From an uncultured virus (IMG/VR IMGVR_UViG_3300020198_000011) (taxonomy: Duplodnaviria; Heunggongvirae; Uroviricota; Caudoviricetes), in the IMG/VR virus record IMGVR_UViG_3300020198_000011: 64,000 bases of DNA; one strand, 5' to 3'. Of this stretch, positions 9,301 to 18,800 are shown in pieces. A model generated the notes under the pieces. It was not told the DNA's origin. It was given only the letters and a program-made list of their open reading frames with translations, and did not search any database. The number at the start of each line of letters is the position of its first letter. Positions within the stretch are counted from its first letter, which is position 1. The position numbers and the translations under genes were made by a program.

Positions 9301-10172
9301 GGGTAGATGACATTGCATGGCGGGATGGCGTTGAAGACCGTGTTGGGCTTGATCTGCACCTGCTGGGCGATGGATTTGGCATTGGGGACGACGGTCACCC
9401 CGTGAAGAATGTCTGCACTCACGTTGCGCAACAGATCCATGAACGACATCCGGGGACCGTCATTACGGGCCTGGTAGAACAGCACGAAAGCCAGATAGGT
9501 CTCCAGGAAGGTCTCCCAGTTCATCAGACTGGAGTCCGGGGCGACGATTCGCTTGGTCAGGCCATAGGCCTCCACCGCGTGCTTGAGGTAACTCTCGGCC
9601 AAGCGGCTGTTACCCAAGAGGCGTGAGTAGATCTGCGCAACGCCTTCGACCCACAAGGCAAAATCGAGTGTCGCATCCGACTTCATGTGCCCGGCCTTGA
9701 TAAGGTACTCCTTGACAATTTCGGCCCGGAAGTACTCGAAGGGATCACCTGTCAGGGTGCTTATCTGGACGACCGGATTCGTCTCGCTGGTACCAGCCAT
9801 CTGGTTCTTGATTGCCGCCACGGGATCCAGGGAGTCGATGGACATCTGGTCCATGTAGCTCACCACGTGGTACGCCACGTAGACCAATTCCTGACTGGTG
9901 GGGGATTTCTTGAAGCCCCGCGTGAGCATCTCGCCCTCGAAGAGCACGACCCACTGCTCACGGTGATCGAGAAAGAGCAGGTGCACCCGGGCGCGGCGGC
10001 TCACTCCGAACAATTCATGGCTGGCCGGCAGGGCGATGGCCATGCGCGGCGCCCGATCCTCTTCGATCAGGTACTCGATCGACGCGAACGGGCACCATGC
10101 GCCCTCGACATACAGCGCGAACCGCCCGGAATAATCGAAGGCGGACGCCTGGCCCTGATCAGAGCCGACCAT
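6348..10172 (-). CDS. baseplate hub-like / tail-tip protein
   Basis: 1274 aa. N-terminal FALYVEGAWCPFASIEY...VLFEGEM and C-terminal DFNPYLLVGYPCAVLD...VRHVIT..AFTEVTYTHVR resemble hub (gp27/gpD-like) beta-barrel segments. Downstream of tape measure. Confidence 0.6.
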   Translation of the reverse strand: MVGSDQGQASAFDYSGRFALYVEGAWCPFASIEYLIEEDRAPRMAIALPASHELFGVSRRARVHLLFLDHREQWVVLFEGEMLTRGFKKSPTSQELVYVAYHVVSYMDQMSIDSLDPVAAIKNQMAGTSETNPVVQISTLTGDPFEYFRAEIVKEYLIKAGHMKSDATLDFALWVEGVAQIYSRLLGNSRLAESYLKHAVEAYGLTKRIVAPDSSLMNWETFLETYLAFVLFYQARNDGPRMSFMDLLRNVSADILHGVTVVPNAKSIAQQVQIKPNTVFNAIPPCNVIYPSVCERWEFNEDRSVKPTRLRGQFYPQALWGMEPDAIFGRVTTVFAPQQLQVLWERMVKDPGEGPILVQEGSGPVRDVKRKVQFLTAEEHLVGIVEDYLEIPRALTIAVQAMASGYKTPAAAAAADTKSVATADPVAAAWKIHDGKDGPSRLIRYWGFLSMALGAGNGIDPREVSAWGGDGRLYRRRNESLVVVDDDRQKALMVPERITLLRLAFSYQVSDQPSSKQEASRWRYLLPDQARNLRAAGCNYVVALVPKEGGGHEPVIIQTQGRNHMLFEESTALPFGVVVDGLTGADAASLNLMIPAFGVGGRSRALPEWRGVLPYNERFWFGRDTWPKIHGWAAPVEARASIANQRRYQEDYQHGPYHPAIHLTDEDKKFALSVRGTPARPNLIKELIFSNDMIGEDLRVGGWPRIDLSDGLLQDLKDNPGEATVTVTRLYFDDWDPWDGQTPPAQQATLQRVETATVPGSSTTWIRFVLDKAIVDPTAYLRVEVVRRGAPTRRRFEPKPWYILGPGATSAGRSVGPTRIADLENTTTGLLPVSTIAPDSGGSLAGGPQRNVTIGLLTPPGVSLTSAQIEAAGWLVAAVQELQATQMANASEGRRSRIKDVRPATDYFPRSHLTNFEAGMVDGIRNAARSIRNRLYADFEKWDQKRQAGGAAPLEGEPELTGTPPGTDHSVRSEFGELSRQVDAQEAVTVDEDGASKLKVGEVKSSEVVGAFAGPYLNFQFYLRRFQQQGFGSRIDFNPYLLVGYPCAVLDGGRETLLHLVAHVRVARHVITADRAFTEVTYTHVRFAGKRLHETDDGAVLPRRAKVVQDHVIPGRQVNTWMPRELLSHHPRPMPPPFVYHGGFGLGASDRQGDFGRYAMMAGYDDVGGFMFHEDFVALDEEILDLSAREVQTRKWYRPIAQVGMHSGARRSGLAFLYEDEDASFRVDGRAATRPARRLVGTAFSGAPMAFAQEIQDRVYAHARRITNREAHPG

Positions 10173-11587
10173 CAGGCGCGCTCCCAGATATTCCCGAAAA
10201 CCAGCCGCTCACACCAGACGACGAGCTTGGCGATCGGGTCGGCGAGGGCGTCGATTTCCTCGGACGCCTCGTAACTCTCCTGGTCGCCCGTCTCGGCGCG
10301 AATGATGGCCCCGAAGTCCGCGGCCAGGGGCAGAAAGTAGTTCAACAGATCGTCGAAGCCAACGGGTGGCGTGACGATTTGTTCCAGGGCCGGAACGCGC
10401 AGGAACGTGGCCGAATAGGTCTGGATGAGGTAGCTGAGGCAATCCCGGGTCAACAGCAGATCGAGCTGCGGAAGATAGCCCAGATCCGGCTCGGCGGGCT
10501 CGGCCCCCGGATCCGCCAGTGTGGTGACGGTAAGCTCGTCGGACGCCAGTCCGGGGAGCCCCGAGGCGTTAATGGCCCGGGCGCGAAACGTGTAGGCGGT
10601 CGCCGCGCGCAGGCCAGTGAAGGTCACCTCGAAGGGACTGGCCGCCACGCGGGATAGCCCGGGACCCGAAAACTGGATCTGCGCGGTGGCCACCGGACCC
10701 TGTCCCGGAATGCCGCGCAACCCGACCGAGTCCCGGGTCACGTCCAGGACTCCCAGCGCCGGCATGGGCGGCGAGGACGTGACGACCGACTGGGTCGCCA
10801 CCACCGTGACCTCGCGGTCCTGGCTGTCCCGGGCGACGACCTCCAGGCGCACATCGCCGGAGTAATCCGGAGCCGTGAGCGACGCCTGGCCAACCGACCC
10901 GCCGGTACCCTGACTGACGACATCACCCGCGACCAGCCGGTAGCGCACCGTCCGGAGGAAGCTGCGGCTAGCCACCAGCCATCTCACCGCCACCGCGCCG
11001 TCACTGCCTACCCGCCAGGGGCCCACGGTAATCCGCGGCCCGCCAGGCACCGGCCCGAACGGCAATGCGGGAGAATCGAGCGACTCGACACCAGCCGCCG
11101 TGGCGCCCCGCACCACCACCCGCCGCAACACGTCGGATACTGCCGGGATGTCGACCGACATGGTACCCACGGGGACCTGCGCCAGCAGCGTCTCGCCCTC
11201 GGCGGTGATGTTATAGACCAGCCAATGGCCCACCGACGGGCTGATGACCGCGGCAGCCCAGCGCAAATGATACGTCAGTGGCGCCTCATACTCGTACCAG
11301 AGCGCATCGGGTGCGCTAGCCGGCACTGAATTGTCGACCTCCACTGAGGTCTGGGTCTCGGTCCATTCACCCAGGCTGTCGCGAACCCGGACCCGCAACG
11401 TCACCGATCCGACGTAGAGCGCCACGCCGACGCTCTCGGTACCGGTCGCGCCCGTGCGATTCAGCCAGCCGGGCTCGGCATCGCCTTTTGAGATGGCCAC
11501 CATGACGGCCATGGCGTCGCCAGTGACGCTCCAGGTGCATCTGGCGGTCTGGGTGGTGACCTTCCAGGCGCCGAAGGCGACCGGCAT
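10172..11587 (-). CDS. fibronectin type III / Ig-like virion protein
   Basis: FN3 signature FTGLRAATAYTFRARAINASG; several beta-sandwich-like segments. Confidence 0.75.
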   Translation of the reverse strand: MPVAFGAWKVTTQTARCTWSVTGDAMAVMVAISKGDAEPGWLNRTGATGTESVGVALYVGSVTLRVRVRDSLGEWTETQTSVEVDNSVPASAPDALWYEYEAPLTYHLRWAAAVISPSVGHWLVYNITAEGETLLAQVPVGTMSVDIPAVSDVLRRVVVRGATAAGVESLDSPALPFGPVPGGPRITVGPWRVGSDGAVAVRWLVASRSFLRTVRYRLVAGDVVSQGTGGSVGQASLTAPDYSGDVRLEVVARDSQDREVTVVATQSVVTSSPPMPALGVLDVTRDSVGLRGIPGQGPVATAQIQFSGPGLSRVAASPFEVTFTGLRAATAYTFRARAINASGLPGLASDELTVTTLADPGAEPAEPDLGYLPQLDLLLTRDCLSYLIQTYSATFLRVPALEQIVTPPVGFDDLLNYFLPLAADFGAIIRAETGDQESYEASEEIDALADPIAKLVVWCERLVFGNIWERA

Positions 11588-11589
11588 GA

Positions 11590-14500
11590 TTACTTGGCCC
11601 TCACGGCTTCATCGAAACGCCCCGCGAGATTGTTCACGCGTATGTAGACCTCGGCGATCTTCTTTCTGAGTCGGGTCCTGTCGGCCGCCGGTAGCCCCGG
11701 ATGCTGCGCCCGGAGCTGTAGGTTCGCCCCATCGAGAGCGTCCCGCTTCCGCTTCAGTTCGCTGTTTCGTGCCACGAGGATGCCAAGTCCGGCCGCGGCG
11801 TTGGTGAGGGAATTCTCGAAGCGAACCAGATCCTTTTCGAACTCGTTCGCACTCTCCCAGAGCTGACGCATGTCCTTCTCGAACTCGCCGACATTCGTGA
11901 GCTCACGCGGTGCGGGGGCTGGCTTGGCCGGTGGCTTGGCCGGTGGCTTGGCCGGTGGCTTGACTGCTGGTGGCGCAGGAACCGGTGGCTTGGCCGGACG
12001 AGACTCGTTATCGGCTCGCCTCGTCTCGGCCGCCGCCCGGCGCGTTTTCGCATCGGCGGCTCTGACGGACGGGTTCTGCGTTCCGCCAGCAGGTGTTGCC
12101 ACTCCCGAGGACCCCGCGTGAGCGGCCGGACGCGCTTCTACGGGCAGAGGAGATCCTTGGCGTCTCTCCGGCTGCCCTTGGGCCGCACCCGCGGCCTGGC
12201 CGTGAACCGGCAAGGCCGCCTTGCCCGTAGGGCCCCCATTCACGGCGGTCCTGGGTCGCCCAGGATCGGCATCCGTGGCTTGGGCCGGCGGCGGAGTACC
12301 AAGGAGCGCCGTCTTGATCGGCACCTGGCCACCCGTGTTGCTGGTGATCACGTCTGGCAGGTTTTTCAGGCCGGGCTTCTTCTTGGCCCAGGCGATCAGC
12401 GGATCTTGATCCCAGCTCGCGACCAGGACGGTCATATTGAAGGTCGACAAGACATCCGAGACGTTGGCATCGGTCCCTATCTGAAGTACGAGGCCGTACC
12501 CGTAGATGCGGATTCCGGCCGCCGGAATGCCGACGCATAGCTTGTGGCCATGCTCGGCCAGCTTGGTGATACGCAGATGGTTATCCCACAACTCCCGGAA
12601 ACGCGTGAGCTGATCGTTGAACATATCGTTGAGGAGCACCCCGGAAATGGTCCAGCTCTGCGGCGCCCGGCCGAACGCGTGGGCCAGCCAGCCATCAGCC
12701 AGGGTGTCCTGCACCTCGTACTTCTCGACATGGCTCTCGGACAGGCCGGCCAGGATGAAATGGTTGTACCGCTCGTAGTGGAACGCCCCCGACTTGGGCA
12801 GGTTCCACTGAAAAGCACCAGCCTGCCGGATCCGCCCGGCGTCGCGGGACGCGATCGCTTCCGAACTATCCTCGACATCCAGCCGATCCTGCGCCAGCTG
12901 GACGGGGTTGAGGTCGGCATCGAAGAGCTGAAAGTACGACAGGAGATCCGGATTCTGGAAGCTCGATACCGAGACATCCATGCCGGCGACCGCCAAGGGC
13001 ATGGCGATGCCCGTACGCCGGAAATCCTGAAAGTCACTCTCGAAGAGTGACGTAACGTTGAGGCCCCTGGGCGGGGGCGTGACCCTCCGGGCATCGGCCT
13101 TCACCCCCCCGGGAGAAGCTTGGCGTGGCCGGATCGCCGGCGCGGCGAGCGACGCGACTCGCACGACGTCCGGTTCGACGGGAATGATGCCAAGCAAGTC
13201 CCGAGCGGAGGCGATCATCTCGCTGGCAGCCGCCAGATTAGTGGGCGAGAACGCCCCGGAAACCTGACCAAACGACTCCATGGCCATCACGGCCGCATTC
13301 CCTATCTGCTTGGTCACCTCCGGACCAATCACGGGAATAGCGGCTATCGCGGCGGCTGCCTTGGCTAGTTGCTGCGAGAGGACGTCGCGATCGGCCGGAC
13401 GGGTAGCGGCCCCGAGGTGGCGCGCCAGATCCGAGCGGACCTTCTGGTAGAACCCCTTGCGATTGGCGTTGACCGCCAGCTGCCGGCGCTTCTGCCTCAC
13501 ACTGGGCTCGACCGGCACGCTGATCCGGTTCTTGACGGCGTTGCGCTTGGAGGCCGGGTCCGTCCGGGTGATCCCCGGGATGCCGATGACGGGAAGCTCC
13601 AAGGCCGCCTTGAGGGCGGGGCTGCCCAAATCGCGCGGCACGATCCACATCTGCGCGGTCGCTACATCGTCCCCCAGTATCTGGCGCAACAGCGCAAGGC
13701 AATTGTCGAGCTGGCCGGTAATCCCATTGCCGGCACCGAGCAGATCGTTGCGTCCACGCTTCTTGAGAGCGGTGGCAACAGCCTGCATGACGGCCTTGGC
13801 CTGCGCGAGGCCAGCGGCCCAGCGGGCCCGCTCGGCCGCGGTACCGGTGACGCCAGCCAGCAGCGAGGTATATGAGACCGCGCGCAAGGCCGCATCGACA
13901 TGGCGATCCTTGACCTGCGCGAATGTCATGGCCGCCAGTTCGGCGCTGCTGTCGCTCCCGAGGGCGCACGCGATGGCCCGCTCGACGTTGCGATCGGAGA
14001 GCGTGGCGGCGACGTCCCCCTGGGCGGTGAGCGTCGCCATCAGGGCGGCCTGCCCGGCAAGCGACACGCTCTCGAAGGCCAGCGGCGCCTCGTTGCCAGC
14101 AAAGACCGGCACCATGCCGCCACCGCTCGCCGCGGCGTCCCCGACGAGCTCCCGGGCCACCCCGAGAATGCCGGCAGGCGTACGAGGCTCGGACAGGGCG
14201 GCCGCAAGCACGTCGTCCATCGCTGCCCGCGCCCCCTCGGGCCATGGCAACGCCCGCAACTGGGTCAATTCAGCGTCGAGCTTGTCACGGGTGTCGACCA
14301 TGCGCAACACGCGCAGTTGGGCCTCGGCCGGCAGGCCCTGGGCATCCGGGAGTGGCGTGTTGCCAACCTGGTAATGGCCATTCGAGCCGGTCACCAGGTA
14401 CGGCGAGAGCACCAGGTTGCGATTCGCGGTATTGACCGCCGTGATGGCGAACCGCCGCGTCTGGCCGCTCCAGATCAGCTCGGCGACGTCCCCGAGCGCA

Positions 14501-15477
14501 TTGGAATTGGGCTGGCTGACCAGCTGCGGGAACGCCGTGACCGACAAGGCGGACAGATCGGTGACATGCGGATGGAAGCGCCGCACGCGGACATTCGCCG
14601 CCCTCTCGAACGGCACCGCGGAGGGCATGTCGGCAGCCGACATGGCGTCATTGACCAGGAAGTGGCGCGCGCCCAGGCGGATCTGGGTCGCCGAATGGAC
14701 CGCCAGGATGCTCCAGAAGCCATCGACGTCATTGGCGCCTTCCCCCACGTCGACCTCGGCCCAATCCCCGACCTGCGTCCCGGCAAACGAGTACCCGGCA
14801 TCGAGGGTACAGAGCACGTGATCCCAGATCAGGGGGTTGCCGGCCGAGCCGTCGAAGGCCCGGGTCACGCGGATGTCGCAGAAGGTGTCGAAGGCGGCGG
14901 CCACGAAGGCGGTCGGGTTGGCGGGATAGACCGTGCCGTTCTCCCCGTAGCGGTTGCCGTCCTGGTAGCGCTCGGGGACCAGGACGAAATGACGCAAGCC
15001 CGGATCGGCCGCAGCACCCGCGAACCCCCCGGGACCGGATGCCTGGCCGGCCTGCTCGATCCAGATCTCCTGGATCCGGAAGGCGCCCTGCGCGGCCGCG
15101 CTATCCGTCGCCGGCGCCACGGTGCGCCGAACCAGGTGCACCCAATCACCATTTTTCAGGGTCAGCACATTGCTCGCCCCGACGATCACGTCGAGCACCG
15201 CGCCGTTCCAGCGGATGCGCTGGTAGGACGCGTAGGGGACGATGGCGTCCTCGCGGATGAGGCCGCGCATGGTGCCCATATGGGGTACGGCATCGGCCGA
15301 CGCAGGGCTGACGTGCGCCGGGCCGCGCGAGCCCGAGACGGTCACGGTGCCGCTGGCCATGACCAGCTCGCTTGGCGCGTAGACGCGCCGCAGGGAATCG
15401 ATCAGGTACCGCGTGCGCGATCGGATATGATCGGCATCGGCATCGAACTCGTCTCGCAGGTGCTGGTCGGTTGGCAC
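11590..15477 (-). CDS. large virion protein with embedded tail-tube/baseplate initiator-like domain
   Basis: 1295 aa; beta-rich N-terminus; segment FILAGLSESHVEKYEVQDT..FGRAPQSWTISGVLLN; PAKP linker; C-terminal coiled coil. Confidence 0.6.
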   Translation of the reverse strand: MPTDQHLRDEFDADADHIRSRTRYLIDSLRRVYAPSELVMASGTVTVSGSRGPAHVSPASADAVPHMGTMRGLIREDAIVPYASYQRIRWNGAVLDVIVGASNVLTLKNGDWVHLVRRTVAPATDSAAAQGAFRIQEIWIEQAGQASGPGGFAGAAADPGLRHFVLVPERYQDGNRYGENGTVYPANPTAFVAAAFDTFCDIRVTRAFDGSAGNPLIWDHVLCTLDAGYSFAGTQVGDWAEVDVGEGANDVDGFWSILAVHSATQIRLGARHFLVNDAMSAADMPSAVPFERAANVRVRRFHPHVTDLSALSVTAFPQLVSQPNSNALGDVAELIWSGQTRRFAITAVNTANRNLVLSPYLVTGSNGHYQVGNTPLPDAQGLPAEAQLRVLRMVDTRDKLDAELTQLRALPWPEGARAAMDDVLAAALSEPRTPAGILGVARELVGDAAASGGGMVPVFAGNEAPLAFESVSLAGQAALMATLTAQGDVAATLSDRNVERAIACALGSDSSAELAAMTFAQVKDRHVDAALRAVSYTSLLAGVTGTAAERARWAAGLAQAKAVMQAVATALKKRGRNDLLGAGNGITGQLDNCLALLRQILGDDVATAQMWIVPRDLGSPALKAALELPVIGIPGITRTDPASKRNAVKNRISVPVEPSVRQKRRQLAVNANRKGFYQKVRSDLARHLGAATRPADRDVLSQQLAKAAAAIAAIPVIGPEVTKQIGNAAVMAMESFGQVSGAFSPTNLAAASEMIASARDLLGIIPVEPDVVRVASLAAPAIRPRQASPGGVKADARRVTPPPRGLNVTSLFESDFQDFRRTGIAMPLAVAGMDVSVSSFQNPDLLSYFQLFDADLNPVQLAQDRLDVEDSSEAIASRDAGRIRQAGAFQWNLPKSGAFHYERYNHFILAGLSESHVEKYEVQDTLADGWLAHAFGRAPQSWTISGVLLNDMFNDQLTRFRELWDNHLRITKLAEHGHKLCVGIPAAGIRIYGYGLVLQIGTDANVSDVLSTFNMTVLVASWDQDPLIAWAKKKPGLKNLPDVITSNTGGQVPIKTALLGTPPPAQATDADPGRPRTAVNGGPTGKAALPVHGQAAGAAQGQPERRQGSPLPVEARPAAHAGSSGVATPAGGTQNPSVRAADAKTRRAAAETRRADNESRPAKPPVPAPPAVKPPAKPPAKPPAKPAPAPRELTNVGEFEKDMRQLWESANEFEKDLVRFENSLTNAAAGLGILVARNSELKRKRDALDGANLQLRAQHPGLPAADRTRLRKKIAEVYIRVNNLAGRFDEAVRAK
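11918..11962. repeat. 12-bp tandem repeat (GGTGGCTTGGCC) encoding PAKP linker
   Basis: About 3.5 in-frame copies inside the 1295-aa CDS. Confidence 0.8.
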
Positions 15478-15490
15478 GGCTCGTCCCTGC

Positions 15491-15835
15491 TTACATGATG
15501 CGCTTCAAGCGCTCGACCAGGTCGGCAGGCATGCGCTCGACCCCATCAGCCACCCGCTCGTGAGCCGGATAGATACCGGGATCCGAAAGCAACAAGCGAC
15601 AAGCCTCGCCATCGAGGGCTATCCACGCGGCCTGGCTGATGCGGCTGGCCCACATTCGCGGCGTCCCTCGGATGGCCGCCTTGCGCTGGTAGAGGGCTTC
15701 GAGGTAGATATCGAGGATCTCGGAACCAACAAAGAAGCGTGTCAGGTACTCGGAGAGATCGCCCACGTGGATGGTCCGGGCCCACTCGGGATGATCCCGC
15801 TTGAGCTGGCACAGGACTACACGATAGTTACTCAT
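15491..15835 (-). CDS. hypothetical protein
   Basis: 114 aa, ATGA overlap with tape measure stop. Confidence 0.65.
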   Translation of the reverse strand: MSNYRVVLCQLKRDHPEWARTIHVGDLSEYLTRFFVGSEILDIYLEALYQRKAAIRGTPRMWASRISQAAWIALDGEACRLLLSDPGIYPAHERVADGVERMPADLVERLKRIM

Positions 15836-18800
15836 GTCTCGATTTTCAACTTATCATTTGTTTCTATGTCCTTGAGCCGCACGTTCATCATGCCACCCTC
15901 GGCAGCCTTGGCCAGTGGTGTGAGCGTATTGTCGAGCTTCTGGATGGCCCCGGCCAGGCCGGTGGCGCCGTCCTTGCGACCGATAACCTCCTGTAACTGC
16001 GCGATCTCTCCGGAGAGTTTCGGGAATTCGGCCTGGCTGAACTTATTGGTGAAATTCTCCAGCGCCTGGGCGAAGCGCGCCTGCTCCTGTTCGCTGGCCG
16101 TCAGGCCAGAACCGGCCGCCGCCCCCAAGATGCCCTGCCCGGCGAATGTGCCACCGCCCAGACTCTCGCCCACGTATCCACCACGCAGGATACCCCCGGC
16201 CGCCTGGAGGAACTTCGCCTTGAGCTCCTCCTTGTCCAAGGAGCCGTCCGCCTGACGGTTGACATAGTCCTGCGCGACCTCCTGGGCTCCCTCGGCGTCG
16301 TAACCCATCTGCCGAAACACCGGCACCAGGGACTCGGTGTCGAGCTGCCCGCCAGACAGTGACGAACCGACCCGTCGCAGACTCCGGACCAGCCCGCCCG
16401 AGAGCCCGAGCTTGAGTGCGGCCTCGTTGTCCTGCTCCAGCAGCATGAGCATGGCCATGGTCTTGTCGACGTCGGCGCCCGTCCCCTCCAGGGCACTCCC
16501 CAGGGCTTGCGCCTTGCCGCCCCGCAAATCCCAGGCCCCCAGCCCAAAAGCGTCGCGCACGCGCCGCCGTTCGTCTTCGCTGAGTGGCGAGCCACCCTCG
16601 CGAATCCTGTCAAGATCGCGCTCGCGCGTAACGAAGCGACCGAAGTTCTTGGCCAGATCCTCGGGCTTGCGGGTGGAGAGATCCTCCCAGGCTCCCCACA
16701 GCACGTCGGACTGCATGCCGCCGAACTGGCCGATGCGGCTCTCGACATCCTTGAAATACGAGTCGACCACGCCGCGATCGAAATTCGTCGTGTTGAGCCC
16801 GGACTCGTTGAGGATCGCCTTGAGATCGTCGTCCTTGGACAGGCCGGCCTGCGCCAGCAGCGCATCGAAACGACCACGGTCCCCGCCCGAGGCCATGGCT
16901 AGTTGCGCCAAGGTCATGCGCTTGAGCATGCCGGCATTGGCGACCTGCTCGCCGCCCGAGCCGTACTTCGCCGCGTCGCCGAGCTTGCCACCCATCTCCC
17001 GGGCCTGCGTCTCCAGGCGTTTGTTGGTCTGCTCCAGGCCGAGCATCCGCTCGTCGAGGAAGCGCTGGTCTCCCTGGCGGTAGAAACGGCCGGCCCGGGA
17101 CTCCCGTCCCGAGAAAGCCCGCTGCCCAAGAGATGCGCCAAGGACGCCGACCGAGGACCCAACGAAGCCGACCGCAGCACCGGGCAGCCCGCCAAACATG
17201 GCGCCGGCAAGCGTAGCCGAAGCCACTAGACTGACATCAATCGCCGCCGTGCCGAGCGGATCCCGGTCAAACGGTGAGGCCTGACCCTCCCCGCTGGCAG
17301 CCATGGCGTAGCCCACCTGGCGCTGTTCACGATCGTCGAGATCGGCATACCGCTTGCCGTGGATGGCCTGCGAGAACGCGTCGTAGCGCGCGTCTTCATC
17401 ATCGATCGCCCAGAACTCGGATTCGCGGCCATCCAGGCGCCGCAGCCCGGCCCGCCCGAGAGCCCGCGCGCTGGGATCGTCGTTGTCGCGATACGATCGC
17501 AAGGCCTCCAGGGCTCTGACATGGACCTGCTGCGACTGACGCTTCTTGGTGGTGACCATCCCGACCACCGTCTGCGCGCGCCTGACCATGTCGGGGTCGA
17601 GCGCGGCGGCCTGGGCTTCGCTGAGCTGATTCCGGGTGATGCGCCTGGCGACATCCCGATCGGCATTGGTTCGCAACGTCGTATCGCTGGCGATGGCCCG
17701 ATCGAGATCCTCCCGGAAAGCGCTGTTGCGGTTCCGGAAATCGGCCGTGACCTGCGACAGTGCGGTGTTGAGCGTGGTGGGCAACGCGGTGACACGATTG
17801 AGGATGGCTTCGGCCTGCGGGCCCGTCCCGGCACCGGCCAGCATGTTCGCCAGGGTCCCCTGCGCCTGGGCCGCGGTCATACCCCCCTGGCTCTGGGCGA
17901 GCTGCAAGAACTGCTCCTGGACGTCATGCCGACCGACGGCGTCCTTGATGGCCAGGCGCCGGCCGGTATCCCAGTCGGCTGCCATGGGGTCGGCCGGTCC
18001 GCCATAGGCGGTGCCCACCGTCCCCAGACCCTCCATGATGCGATTGGCCCGGGCGATGTGCGTCTCGCCGCCACCACGGGCGAGATCGGCCACGGCGCCC
18101 GGCTTGTAACGGTAGGTGCCGTACAGGAAATTCTCGACGTCATCGGCCCGATCGAGCCCCCAGTCCGAGATATCCGCCCAGAAGCCGACGGCCCCCTGCC
18201 GGACCGTCCGGTCGAGGAACTTCTGGAAACGACGCGGAATGGAGGGGCCGCGGCGGGTCTCCATCGACCGCTTGCCGACCTCGTCGGCGATCGATCGCCG
18301 GATGCCGGCCGCCGCCTCCCCGCCGCCTGCCACCCTGCTGTACTGGGCGTTGAGCTGCTGGTCGGTCCAGCCCTGGGTGACGGCCTGGAATGCCATGAAA
18401 TGCTCCAGATTAGCCTTGCCGTCGGGCCCCACCGACCCCGGAAACATGTCCCGGAAGTTCTGCAACGCCGTCTCGTCGAAGCTCTCCTGGAGGCCCGGGG
18501 TATTGTGCAACAACCGAGGCATGAGCGCCTGGAGCGTGCGCAGCCGCATGGGGTTCTGCGCCAGCGTGGACGCCCCCGAGATGACCTGGCTGAAGGGAAT
18601 GGCCTGACCCTGCATGGCCGCCAACATGTTGGCCCCGCCGGGTGCGAACAGGTTGGCCAGGTAGGTCTGGCCGAACGGCGTGCGGAACCCCGCGGCGGTC
18701 GCCCCGGTAAGCGCCGTCGCCAGACCCTCATTGCCGCCGAAATACGCCATGTCGGCCGGGGCCAACACCCCGCGCCGCTGCAACTCGCCGCCGATGGCCA